A stretch of 43,235 bases of DNA from a virus (taxonomy: Duplodnaviria > Heunggongvirae > Uroviricota > Caudoviricetes). The notes under the pieces were generated by a model. That model had not been told where the DNA came from. It saw nothing but the letters and a program-made list of their open reading frames with translations, and made no database searches. Below, in pieces: positions 29,614 to 38,256 of this stretch; within the stretch, counting starts at the first letter, position 1, and every line of letters begins with the position of its first letter. The stretch lies in the IMG/VR virus record IMGVR_UViG_2645727669_000018; one strand, written 5' to 3'. Made by a program: the position numbers and the translations under genes.

Positions 29614-30411
29614 TCAATGAACGGTATCGAGCAGCTTTAACAGCTCAGAGAATCGGGATTCGAAGAAATGCGGCTGCGTCTCGCGCGGATTTGCGGGACT
29701 GGTGATGTTCTTGCCGAACATGCAGCCTTTCGCTGTCAGCGACCAGAATTTTTTGATGTTGTTAATCGCGGTACGGCTGTATCGTTCGCGCTGCTCGACG
29801 ATCCCCAGCTTCACCATCTGGTGATATGCCTGATTAGCCGTCAGGCGGATACCATACTGTTTCAGCAGTGCACTCAGTGACAGCGTAGGGCGACTTGAGC
29901 CATCGTGTGCATCAGCAGGAGCATCAATGGCATAGCGCGGTGCCAGATTCGGTAAGCCAACAGCCTCCTGAAGTTTCTGACAGGCTCCAAGCACTGAAGA
30001 GTTAGACAGATTTAACTCCCGGCGCATAAAGTCCAGCAGAATCACGCCAGCCTGCATCTTGTCAGCAGCCTGTCCGGATAATTTTTCAGGTGCGCTGGTT
30101 ACCATGTCGAAAGTACGGATCACCTTCAGATGGAATGACGGGCTGATCCACATTGCATAGGCATACACCAGTTCTTTGCAGACATACGTCCCCTGGTTAT
30201 TTCCACCACGAATAACGTTAACTGGCTCTATATTGACCGAGTTGCAAATCTGCAACTCGCTTATTAAACGTTCAGTTTGCTCATTGCGGAGCCAGAATGC
30301 AGGCTTATGCTTATCCAGAGAACCGGCAGCCCTGTGCAGATCGTTCAGGCTGTAACGCCCATAAGCATCACGACGAACTTCAATACCATCAATGACCATC
30401 AGATTATTCAT
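29614..30411 (-). CDS. KilA-N domain protein
   Basis: N-terminal MVIDGIEVRRDAYGRYSLNDLHRAAG...FWLRNEQT pattern typical of KilA-N domains. Confidence 0.65.
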   Translation of the reverse strand: MNNLMVIDGIEVRRDAYGRYSLNDLHRAAGSLDKHKPAFWLRNEQTERLISELQICNSVNIEPVNVIRGGNNQGTYVCKELVYAYAMWISPSFHLKVIRTFDMVTSAPEKLSGQAADKMQAGVILLDFMRRELNLSNSSVLGACQKLQEAVGLPNLAPRYAIDAPADAHDGSSRPTLSLSALLKQYGIRLTANQAYHQMVKLGIVEQRERYSRTAINNIKKFWSLTAKGCMFGKNITSPANPRETQPHFFESRFSELLKLLDTVH

Positions 30412-30430
30412 ACTTCGTTTCTCCTCTTAA

Positions 30431-30820
30431 TCAGGCGGCTGCACCCGCCGGTTTCTCGTACTTACTGATAGCGATCTCGACCTTCCCTTCCGGGATAACC
30501 GGTCCCCACTCCACCAGCATTCTTTTCACCTGACTGTCGTCTTCCCACACACCCGCGTGGGTCAGGGCGTCAAACAGCGCCTTGTTATAGTTGTCCAGAT
30601 CGCGGATCCGGTTATCCGGAGGAAACAACACGATCTCCACTGAAGCAGGTGCCGACGTTGGTTTCGGCAGACGACGTAACTGCTCAACTATTGCTGCGCA
30701 CGCCGCGCTCTGGAATTTTCGCCCCGCCGCGCTTATCAGGCTCTTACCAGCAAACGCCCCTTTGTTGGGGTGTCGCCAGTACGTGTTCACGCTGGGCGGA
30801 AAAGGCAGGATCAGCTTCAT
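30431..30820 (-). CDS. rusA: Holliday junction resolvase RusA
   Basis: 129 aa; LPFPPSVN..YWR N-terminus and DLDNY.KA.FDALT acidic catalytic motif. Confidence 0.8.
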   Translation of the reverse strand: MKLILPFPPSVNTYWRHPNKGAFAGKSLISAAGRKFQSAACAAIVEQLRRLPKPTSAPASVEIVLFPPDNRIRDLDNYNKALFDALTHAGVWEDDSQVKRMLVEWGPVIPEGKVEIAISKYEKPAGAAA

Positions 30821-31143
30821 GCTTTCAGGCCTCTCTCATGTAACCAGTGGGTTGCACGCAGCCTTGCGTTTTCCTCACCGGCAAGCAGTGAGCGGATAAT
30901 CCCGACCGCCTCGCTGTCGTCGTCCTTCACCGCGGTATGAAGCGTTATCCCCCGGGCCACGCCACGCTTTATCGTGATGACGCCTTTTTTCTCCAGTGCG
31001 CGAAGATGCTCCACCGCTGCATTCACTGAACGGTATCCCAGCATGGTTGCCACCTCCTGATTGGTTGGCGGGAAGCCACGTTCTTTCTGGTAAGAAATCA
31101 GCATATCCAGCACCTGCTGCTGGCATTGAGTTAATGTCGTCAT
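30817..31143 (-). CDS. LexA-like winged-helix DNA-binding protein
   Basis: 108 aa; N-terminal LTQCQQQVLDMLISYQKERGFPPTNQEVATMLGYRSVNAAVEHLRALEKKGVI resembles the LexA DNA-binding domain; no peptidase domain. Confidence 0.55.
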   Translation of the reverse strand: MTTLTQCQQQVLDMLISYQKERGFPPTNQEVATMLGYRSVNAAVEHLRALEKKGVITIKRGVARGITLHTAVKDDDSEAVGIIRSLLAGEENARLRATHWLHERGLKA

Positions 31144-31793
31144 GCCGCCATCTCCCTGACCAGTTTTTCTGCCTGCTGGCGAACCTGCGCCAGAAACGCC
31201 TCACCACATGCCTCAAGTTCATCGCGCCCGATGTAGCTGATTGCCGGTCCCTTCCAGGTCTTGTCGAAAACAGCAATAGCACCAGCGAAGAAAGCGCCTG
31301 TCGGCACCTGCTTCTCATCTTTCGGGATAAACCAGGCAGGCAGTTCAAAACCAATACGCCCGCGAATAAAAGCAATATGATCTGCATCTTCCGGCCACCA
31401 CACTTCGCTGGTGGCAGCTTTGATCAGGAAAACATAGCGCCCGCCTTTATCACGCATGGCACTGGCATGTTTCATGATGTAACGCATGCCGGTGATGTAT
31501 TGCCCCTCATGCTGACTGGCGCGGCTGTATGGGGGATTACCAAAGGCAGCACCTTTAAGCTCCGCAAGACGTTCTGACCAGTCATGCGCCAGCGCATTGT
31601 CTTCCGCCGTGTAATACGCGGTACATTTGGCGTTATCACCGTCAGTAAACAGATCCAGAACAAACGGGCCAAACAGAGTGTTAATTCCCCAGAAAATGTT
31701 ATCCGGCGTGCGCCACTGATCGCCCACTTCCTTCAGTTCATGGGCTGGTTTGTTCCGTAGTTCCACCAGCGCCTGGCAATATTTATTACTCAT
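31140..31793 (-). CDS. Phage-type DNA N6-adenine methyltransferase (orphan)
   Basis: NPPY catalytic motif (FGNPPYSR); 217 aa from ATG 31793, which overlaps the upstream stop (TAATG). Confidence 0.8.
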   Translation of the reverse strand: MSNKYCQALVELRNKPAHELKEVGDQWRTPDNIFWGINTLFGPFVLDLFTDGDNAKCTAYYTAEDNALAHDWSERLAELKGAAFGNPPYSRASQHEGQYITGMRYIMKHASAMRDKGGRYVFLIKAATSEVWWPEDADHIAFIRGRIGFELPAWFIPKDEKQVPTGAFFAGAIAVFDKTWKGPAISYIGRDELEACGEAFLAQVRQQAEKLVREMAA

Positions 31794-32287
31794 TAAGCCC
31801 CCACGTAATTCCCTGACAGATACCACTCATCACTCGATACAGCGCGCTTGCTGCTTTTCCGTAAACACTGCTCACGACGCGCCAGAAAATTGTTTCGTTC
31901 TGGCTGGGAGTGGCTTTCACGGAATGCCGCCATCCACACCGTTGCAGCACGACGGTATAAGCCCCTGGACTCCAGTTCTTCCGCCTGGCGGGTCAGGCAC
32001 AAAATCTCCCGCGGGTCGTTAGTGCCGACATAGAAATTGCGCACAGGTCTGGTTTCACGAACTGGTTGCGGTTCCGCCTCCTGCGCTCTCTCAGTCAGGC
32101 GCGGGAAATGTCTGCGTGTATCCCCTTCACAACGGTGAGCCACACGACCACTCTGACGTAACTTGCTTGCTGACTGCAGAACGCGCTGCCGTGAGTAACC
32201 TGCAAAAGCATCCGCAATGTCTCCGGAAGTACACCCCGGATGGGCTTCAATGTATTTCTGAACTTCATTCAAAAGACTCATGATCAC
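31793..32287 (-). CDS. Hypothetical protein (possible small regulator)
   Basis: 164 aa, Arg-rich; ATGA overlap with O-like gene stop; weak recollection of PerC/ANR-like regulators. Confidence 0.45.
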   Translation of the reverse strand: MIMSLLNEVQKYIEAHPGCTSGDIADAFAGYSRQRVLQSASKLRQSGRVAHRCEGDTRRHFPRLTERAQEAEPQPVRETRPVRNFYVGTNDPREILCLTRQAEELESRGLYRRAATVWMAAFRESHSQPERNNFLARREQCLRKSSKRAVSSDEWYLSGNYVGA

Positions 32288-33225
32288 CCCCTGAATCCTG
32301 CCGGGATCTGGCTGTAGTCCACGTTGTCGTAACTGGCTTTGAAGTACGGGTCTTCGCGTTTTTCGGTGTACGTGCTGACGGACGGCGATAAGCGCAGGGA
32401 AAGCTCATCCCATTTTTCCCGCAGCTTCGACGGGCTGAGCACGTTACGGCACCAGAACGGATCGCGGCTGACGCGGCTGTACATCTCGCAGATTTGTTTG
32501 TGAGTACGACCATCCTGCACACACATCAGGCGAATTTCGTTTGCCCAGGCTGTCCAGTTCGGTTCTTTGGGACGAACCACCTCGCCGTCACATTCGGCGG
32601 CCTGCTCGTACAGGGCGATGATTTTTTTCCAGAGCCACTGTGCGCAGGTCAAATCATCCTGCGTTCCCCACTGGCGCTTTTTAGGGCTGAATACAACCGC
32701 ATCAGGATGGCGAGTTAAAAACTCCTGTTCAGCCGTCTGCGTGTCCGGTTGCGAAGCGTCCGGACGAGAAGTTTTTTTATCTGACGGATCATGTTTTGAT
32801 TTTACTGACGGATCCCCGCCAGATTCTGACGGGTGAAAACCCGCTTTTTTGCCAGATTTCGACGCATCAAATTTTGACGGGTCAGATTTTGATGCGTCAG
32901 ATTTTGACGGGTCAGAATCTGACAATTGAGAAAATGCCGCTGCCTGAAGCTTCGCAACGTTAAGCTGATAAACATTCGACGCATTGCGGTTACCCTGGCG
33001 ACGCGCCTTACGCGTTAACCAGCCTTCTGCTTCCAGCCGTGCGATAGCCGTTCTGACGGTACTCATCCCCGCGCCAATCTGACGGGCAATGGTTTCAATT
33101 GATGGCCAGCACACACCTTCGTCATTACTGAAATCAGCCAGGCGGGCCATAATTGCCACGCTGGATAATTTCATGCCTGACGCAGCGCAACCATCCCATA
33201 CATAGCCGGTTAATTTAGTGCTCAT
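32284..33225 (-). CDS. Replication initiator (lambda O-like, N-terminal HTH)
   Basis: 313 aa; N-terminal winged-helix region, central repetitive linker (DPSKSDASKSDPSKFDASKS) encoded by tandem DNA repeats, distinct C-terminal domain; position after cro/CII-like genes. Confidence 0.7.
   Translation of the reverse strand: MSTKLTGYVWDGCAASGMKLSSVAIMARLADFSNDEGVCWPSIETIARQIGAGMSTVRTAIARLEAEGWLTRKARRQGNRNASNVYQLNVAKLQAAAFSQLSDSDPSKSDASKSDPSKFDASKSGKKAGFHPSESGGDPSVKSKHDPSDKKTSRPDASQPDTQTAEQEFLTRHPDAVVFSPKKRQWGTQDDLTCAQWLWKKIIALYEQAAECDGEVVRPKEPNWTAWANEIRLMCVQDGRTHKQICEMYSRVSRDPFWCRNVLSPSKLREKWDELSLRLSPSVSTYTEKREDPYFKASYDNVDYSQIPAGFRG
32780..32930. repeat. Iteron-like tandem repeats (candidate replication origin) inside the initiator gene
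   Basis: About 8 copies of (a)tttTGACGG(g/a)TC-like units spaced 16-18 bp, read directly from the sequence; analogous to ori-lambda iterons within O. Confidence 0.6.
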
Positions 33226-33573
33226 GACCGACCTCTATTTCCCTGAATTTACGACGAAACTGTTCGAGCGGACTGAAGCATTCATGCTCATAGCCTTCGC
33301 GGAGGTAGATAACCCGTTGTGTTTCCGGCTCCCAACGAATGACTCTGACGGGCACTCCGTAGTGATCTTTGAACCAGCGGTTAACTTGTCGCAAAGGACT
33401 GTCTCCTTCTGCCGGTTGAAATCACCCACAGCCCACTCTGCAAAGCTGTGGGTTACAATTTCCCTGTCACCTGGTACATTTACTGCATAGCAATACTCCA
33501 CCTTCGCTTTTCCACCCGGTACAGGAAGCGCAATCAGTTGCGAGCGACGGTAGTGTGTTGTTAAACTGTTCAT
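33215..33573 (-). pseudogene. Hypothetical gene with apparent frameshift
   Basis: Frame A starts ATG 33573 (ATGA-coupled to upstream gene); a second frame, open from 33421, reads ...[44 protein letters not shown]... and ends TAA 33215-33217, coupled to the O-like start; span 359 nt is not a multiple of 3. Confidence 0.4.
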
Positions 33574-34121
33574 GCGTTAGTTTCTCCACAGTCACGACAC
33601 GCCACGGCGCCCGGAGCTGCACACTCGCGGGCGTCATTACTTTCTGAAATGCAAAAAATTTTGTAGACCAGTGCTGCATGCTCCTGCAGCTTCGAAATTG
33701 AGAGGTACAGCTCGTCGTTAATTGCTGTCTTCTCATGCGGTTCCACTACACCGTCTTCAATTGCTGAACGAATCTGTTTTGAATAACTGCCGATCTGTTC
33801 AATGACCTCCAGCAGGCGTTGGTTGATATCGGCGTTGTCCACATCCTCGACATCAGGAAGAGACACAAAGACGCCATTTGCAGACTGCGCCACAGCGTCA
33901 GCAATGAAGTGAGTTCCACCAGCACGTTGCAAAATCATTGCCCATCCCAGCGGGAAAATCTGATCGCCATCTACACGAAGGCGGTTAAATAATGCGTTCT
34001 CTGTTACATCCAGCCAGTCAGCAGCTTCAGCGTACCCCCCCGGCAACGCTGCGATAGTTTTTCTGACAGCTTTCACGTACCACTCAGGCTGTTTTTCTAC
34101 TTTCCAGTGATGCTTACCCAC
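33570..34121 (-). CDS. Putative CII-like early regulatory protein
   Basis: 183 aa directly downstream of cro, overlapping it by 8 nt; weak recollection of phage CII (CP76-type) family. Confidence 0.45.
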   Translation of the reverse strand: MGKHHWKVEKQPEWYVKAVRKTIAALPGGYAEAADWLDVTENALFNRLRVDGDQIFPLGWAMILQRAGGTHFIADAVAQSANGVFVSLPDVEDVDNADINQRLLEVIEQIGSYSKQIRSAIEDGVVEPHEKTAINDELYLSISKLQEHAALVYKIFCISESNDARECAAPGAVACRDCGETNA

Positions 34122-34374
34122 GGTTCACCTCCTGTTCCTGTGGTTTAAACCCATTCTGGTTTTGGCTAGATTGAAAACGTGCCGGATAAAGAATCTGCAT
34201 TTCGCTGACTTCACCCTTAAAAAAATTGGCTAAACGTTCTGCAAGCTCGATAGATGGAATCTGCTCCAGCCTCTCAATACGACTCAACGTCGCTGGATTG
34301 ACTTGAACACCCGCAGCAACATGCTGCAAAGTGAAACCATGCGCCTTACGCACATTTCGTAATGGTGATTGCAT
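34114..34374 (-). CDS. cro: Cro-like HTH repressor
   Basis: 86 aa HTH protein (HGFTLQHVAAGVQVNPATLSRIE) divergent from cI; GGAGG SD 5 nt upstream. Confidence 0.8.
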   Translation of the reverse strand: MQSPLRNVRKAHGFTLQHVAAGVQVNPATLSRIERLEQIPSIELAERLANFFKGEVSEMQILYPARFQSSQNQNGFKPQEQEVNRG

Positions 34375-34471
34375 ATGCCCTCCAAATATTGCGCGTTATG
34401 CATGTTATTTCACGCAATTATTTTGCGCAAGTTGATTTGCTTATCACGCAATAAAGAAATGTAATAAACGC
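34375..34471. promoter_or_regulatory. Immunity control region (divergent promoters and operators)
   Basis: 97-bp cI-cro gap with at least three TTGCGC/GCGCAA-type dyad motifs (attgcgcgtta, cacgcaattattttgcgcaa, tcacgcaataaa); candidate PR TTGCGC-17-TAACAT on minus strand. Confidence 0.6.
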
Positions 34472-35164
34472 ATGAACATAGGAAACCGAGTCAGACAACT
34501 TCGCCAAGCGAAGAACATGAAAATCGCCGATCTCGCTGAAGCGATAGGAGTAGATGCGGCGAACATCTCGCGCTTAGAAACGGGTAAGCAAAAACAATTT
34601 ACCGAACAAACACTGAGTAATATTGCCAAGAGCTTAGGTGTTGATATTGCTGATCTCTTTACCTCTGCCCACAAAAGTAATACTGTATATAAAAACAGTA
34701 ATAATGAGGATGTTGCGCAGGTGAAGGATGTGTTCCGTATTGAAATGCTGGATATCAGTGCCAGTGCGGGAAATGGCCTTATCCAGGGCGGTGATGTCAT
34801 TGATGTGATTCATGCCATCGAATACAGAACTGATAATGCTGTATCAATGTTCGGCGGACGACCAGCCAATCACATCAAAGTTATCAACGTTCGTGGGGAC
34901 AGTATGTGTCCAACCATTGAGCCAGGAGATCTCATCTTCGTTGATGTCAGCATCAATCAGTTTGATGGTGATGGTATATATGTCTTTGGTTTTGATGATA
35001 AAATATACGTTAAAAGACTTCAAATGATTCCTGACAAACTGCTGGTGATTTCTGATAACCAGATTTACCGTGAATGGGGAATTACTAGCGAAAACGAACA
35101 CCGATTCATGGTCTTTGGAAAGGTCTTAATCAGTCAGTCGCAAACCCTTAAGAGACATAATTAA
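34472..35164 (+). CDS. cI: cI-type repressor (HTH plus S24 LexA-like peptidase domain)
   Basis: N-terminal HTH; C-terminal GDSMCPTIEPGDLIFVD with catalytic Ser and downstream VKRL Lys (Ser-Lys dyad). Confidence 0.9.
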   Translation: MNIGNRVRQLRQAKNMKIADLAEAIGVDAANISRLETGKQKQFTEQTLSNIAKSLGVDIADLFTSAHKSNTVYKNSNNEDVAQVKDVFRIEMLDISASAGNGLIQGGDVIDVIHAIEYRTDNAVSMFGGRPANHIKVINVRGDSMCPTIEPGDLIFVDVSINQFDGDGIYVFGFDDKIYVKRLQMIPDKLLVISDNQIYREWGITSENEHRFMVFGKVLISQSQTLKRHN

Positions 35165-35183
35165 CCTCAATATCCCATCCATC

Positions 35184-35208
35184 GGCCACCGAAAGGTGGC
35201 TTTTTATT
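35184..35208 (+). terminator. Rho-independent terminator after cI
   Basis: ggccacc-gaaa-ggtggc followed by ttttt, 20 nt after the cI stop. Confidence 0.65.
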
Positions 35209-35218
35209 ACCTATAAAT

Positions 35219-35255
35219 TTGCATATCTCGCAAATATCACTTGCATATCTCGCAA
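35219..35255. repeat. Two 15-bp direct repeats TTGCATATCTCGCAA (candidate operator/PL-type sites)
   Basis: Identical copies at 35219-35233 and 35241-35255; each an imperfect dyad TTGC-N7-GCAA; at the start of the leftward operon. Confidence 0.45.
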
Positions 35256-35462
35256 TTTAATTTTATCTTTTGTTCCAGACCAACTACAGGATTACAACAA
35301 AATCTGGTTGCAACACGGTGCATGTGTCGTAAGCAGTCAGTAAATGTCAAAAACGAACAGGCAGGACGCCCACGAAGTAGCCGCCTGGGGCATATGAAGT
35401 CCAGGATGATTCGTTGAGTCATGTTGTGCCACTAGGCACTCATGTTAAAGCAGGTGTATGAA

Positions 35463-35738
35463 ATGAAAGTCCAGATTTTAAACAATAACTGTGAAGTCGT
35501 TTGGTCATACGACATAGCCGCCCCTGTAGATCAGAGCGGCGATAGCTGGACCAATGGGAAACATCAGATTATGGCTGGAGTTGTGTTCTCTTTACGCCGT
35601 GCTTTGGAACAGGCTGAAGTATTTCCATCAGACCCTGAATGGAAATGGCCTTTTTCTATTTGTCCAAATTCGGAGAGCACATTTCAGAAAATTGGTCAGA
35701 AAGTCGCACTCGAAGAGCATCAGCCAACTGTTTCCTGA
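35463..35738 (+). CDS. Hypothetical protein (first gene of leftward operon)
   Basis: 91 aa from ATG 35463 with AGGTG SD; overlaps a convergent minus-strand ORF. Confidence 0.4.
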   Translation: MKVQILNNNCEVVWSYDIAAPVDQSGDSWTNGKHQIMAGVVFSLRRALEQAEVFPSDPEWKWPFSICPNSESTFQKIGQKVALEEHQPTVS

Positions 35739-35901
35739 TTTTTTCAGGTAACTCGTCGGCATCGCAGAAACAACAACGCTCGATCATGTTGAAAGCCGAT
35801 TCGTAGAACTGTTTCTGCTGAGTGTCGCTGAGACAGGAAAAGAGCGACGTTACGATGATTTTATTAATTGCATTATCAAGTTCTTTTTCATCAAAAGTCA
35901 T
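35656..35901 (-). CDS. Hypothetical protein (antisense to leftward operon)
   Basis: 81 aa; AGGAA SD 5 nt upstream; contains CCFC motif; convergent overlap of 83 nt with 35463-35738. Confidence 0.3.
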   Translation of the reverse strand: MTFDEKELDNAINKIIVTSLFSCLSDTQQKQFYESAFNMIERCCFCDADELPEKIRKQLADALRVRLSDQFSEMCSPNLDK

Positions 35902-36156
35902 TTGATTTTCCTTTTATGTATACGGGCTTAAAAGGATACCACCGAGCCTGAAGTGGTGAAAAGACAGGCACATAACAGCTAAGTATTTTCAACCAGAGAG
36001 AATCCTTAGCGTTGTGGTGAATGCGGCTCAGCGCACGCGGGTTAAGGTTGAGGCTGACAGTCGACCTTCTGTGGATACCCACCCGTCTGGTGTGCAACCT
36101 TCGCCAGGCACCGGGAGGCACCCGGCACCACAACTTTATGCTGTGTGTAGTCCTGG

Positions 36157-36289
36157 CGGTACCAGTTTGTACCCTTGCTTCCGGCTGGTACCGTCCTTTT
36201 TACAAAACAGAGAAGAGCATCACCGGACGACGGGCTCATAACCCAATCCATCCGGGCGGCTGCCACCGCAGGTGTTCTTCTCTGTTTTG
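36157..36289. other. Highly structured GC-rich non-coding region (two long inverted repeats)
   Basis: 9-bp IR cggtaccag/ctggtaccg (36157-36193) and 14-bp perfect IR caaaacagagaaga/tcttctctgttttg (36203-36216 / 36276-36289); local ORFs are Arg/Pro/Cys-rich and look non-coding. Confidence 0.45.
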
Positions 36290-36338
36290 TGGAGAAACTA
36301 ATCGGCCTTGCAGGGTCGATATGATGAGGAGCAGCAAA

Positions 36339-36701
36339 ATGGCTAGCGAACGCAGTACTGATGTGCAGGCATTTATCGGGGAGCTGGACGGCGGCGTATT
36401 TGAAACCAAAATCGGCGCAGTTCTCAGTGAAGTCGCTTCCGGTGTGATGAACACGAAAACCAAAGGTAAGGTCTCACTCAACCTAGAAATCGAACCATTT
36501 GATGAGAACCGTGTGAAAATCAAACACAAACTCTCATATGTTCGCCCGACTAACCGCGGGAAAATTTCCGAAGAAGACACCACCGAAACGCCGATGTATG
36601 TCAATCGCGGTGGTCGCCTGACTATTCTGCAGGAAGACCAGGGACAATTACTGACTCTTGCCGGTGAACCTGACGGAAAACTCCGCGCAGCAGGTCATTA
36701 A
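36339..36701 (+). CDS. Hypothetical protein
   Basis: 120 aa from ATG 36339 (GAGGAG SD); the longer ORF-track version 36021-36701 is rejected because its N-terminal 106 codons lie in the structured GC-rich region. Confidence 0.55.
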   Translation: MASERSTDVQAFIGELDGGVFETKIGAVLSEVASGVMNTKTKGKVSLNLEIEPFDENRVKIKHKLSYVRPTNRGKISEEDTTETPMYVNRGGRLTILQEDQGQLLTLAGEPDGKLRAAGH

Positions 36702-36766
36702 TATCGTTATTAATTAACTGATTATTTATCTCATCACTGAATATCTTTATATAGTGAGGACTTATT

Positions 36767-37591
36767 ATGTCTCAGAACTTAGACGCAACCGCAATTAATC
36801 AAATCCATGCCCTTATTTCTGCTCAGGGTGTTAATGAAATTATCAGTAAGATTGGTGCCGATGCTGTGGCATTGCCTGAGAATTTCCGCATTCATGATCT
36901 GGAAAAATTTAATTTAAATCGTTTCCGTTTCCGTGGTGCGCTTTCCACTGCCAGCATCGATGACTTTACCCGTTATTCTAAAGATCTTGCAGATGAAGGC
37001 ACCCGCTGCTTTATCGATGCCGATAATATGCGTGCCGTCAGTGTGCTTAACCTGGGTACTATTGATGAACCAGGTCACGCAGATAACACCGCCACTCTCA
37101 AACTGAAAAAGACAGCACCGTTCTCTGCTCTGTTGTCTGTTAATGGCGAGCGTAACTCCCAGAAATCACTGGCAGAATGGATTGAAGACTGGGCCGACTA
37201 CCTTGTGGGCTTTGATGCTAATGGTGACACCATTCAGGCAACAAAAGCGGCTGCGGCGGTCCGTAAAATCACGATTGAAGCAAACCAGACTGCTGATTTT
37301 GAAGATAATGACTTCAGCGGCAAACGCTCCCTGATGGAGTCTGTCGAAGCGAAGACCAAAGACATTATGCCAGTGGCATTTGAGTTTAAATGCGTTCCGT
37401 TTGAAGGTCTGAAAGAACGTCCGTTTAAATTACGCCTCAGCATTATCACTGGCGATCGTCCGGTACTGGTTCTGCGCATTATTCAGCTGGAAGCGGTGCA
37501 GGAAGATATGGCTAACGAATTTCGTGATCTGCTTGTTGAGAAATTCAAGGACAGCAAAGTAGAAACCTTTATTGGGACTTTCACCGCCTGA
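36767..37591 (+). CDS. YfdQ-like protein (DUF2303)
   Basis: 274 aa; recalled similarity to CPS-53 prophage YfdQ; followed by a hairpin terminator. Confidence 0.6.
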   Translation: MSQNLDATAINQIHALISAQGVNEIISKIGADAVALPENFRIHDLEKFNLNRFRFRGALSTASIDDFTRYSKDLADEGTRCFIDADNMRAVSVLNLGTIDEPGHADNTATLKLKKTAPFSALLSVNGERNSQKSLAEWIEDWADYLVGFDANGDTIQATKAAAAVRKITIEANQTADFEDNDFSGKRSLMESVEAKTKDIMPVAFEFKCVPFEGLKERPFKLRLSIITGDRPVLVLRIIQLEAVQEDMANEFRDLLVEKFKDSKVETFIGTFTA

Positions 37592-37603
37592 TTTCATTAC
37601 TGC

Positions 37604-37625
37604 AAATGCCCCTGCGGGGGCATTT
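37604..37625 (+). terminator. Stem-loop after YfdQ-like gene
   Basis: aaatgcccc-tgcg-ggggcattt 9-bp stem; weak T-tract. Confidence 0.4.
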
Positions 37626-37719
37626 ATGGAAACGTAATTGACTCAATAATCGCCTGAAGGCGAGGGTTTTCTTTAACCAAAATTCAGCGCGGTGCAGCGC
37701 ATATAACGTGGAGAACAAA

Positions 37720-38256
37720 ATGTCATTTATTAAAACTTTTTCCGGGAAGCATTTTTATTATGACAGGATAAATAAAGACAACATCGATATTAACGATATC
37801 GCGGTTTCCCTTTCAAATATCTGTCGCTTTGCCGGCCATCTTTCACACTTCTACAGCGTCGCCCAACATGCGGTGCTTTGCAGCCAGCTGGTACCGCAGG
37901 AATTTGCTTTTGAAGCGTTAATGCATGATGCAACAGAAGCGTATTGCCAGGACATCCCGGCTCCACTGAAACGCCTTCTTCCTGACTATAAACGGATGGA
38001 AGAAAAAATAGACGCCGTAATCCGTGAGAAATACGGGTTACCCCCGGTTATGAGTACACCCGTGAAATATGCCGATCTCATCATGCTGGCAACCGAACGC
38101 CGCGATCTCGGGCTTGATGATGGCTCTTTCTGGCCTGTGCTGGAAGGTATCCCGGCAACAGAGATGTTCAACGTGATTCCACTGGCTCCAGGCCATGCCT
38201 ACGGGATGTTTATGGAACGCTTTAACGAATTATCGGAGTTACGCAAATGCGCATAA
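37720..38256 (+). CDS. HD-domain 5'-deoxynucleotidase (YfdR-like)
   Basis: 178 aa from ATG 37720 (GGAG SD); HD motif region ...HLSHFYSVAQHAVL...ALMHDATEAY; same size as CPS-53 YfdR as recalled. Confidence 0.7.
   Translation: MSFIKTFSGKHFYYDRINKDNIDINDIAVSLSNICRFAGHLSHFYSVAQHAVLCSQLVPQEFAFEALMHDATEAYCQDIPAPLKRLLPDYKRMEEKIDAVIREKYGLPPVMSTPVKYADLIMLATERRDLGLDDGSFWPVLEGIPATEMFNVIPLAPGHAYGMFMERFNELSELRKCA

Noticed and set aside
32780-32930. CRISPR array
   Set aside because: Repeats are short (about 10-13 bp core), irregularly spaced at 16-18 bp, inside a coding sequence, and there are no cas genes; interpreted as origin iterons.
35237-35422. 61-aa minus-strand ORF
   Set aside because: Covers the post-cI terminator region and the duplicated 15-bp repeats; Cys/Arg-rich, no SD; most likely spurious.
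36021-36338. N-terminal 106-codon extension of the 226-aa ORF-track entry
   Set aside because: Translation is Arg/Cys/Pro-rich and lies in the inverted-repeat region; a GAGGAG-ATG start at 36339 gives a plausible 120-aa protein.
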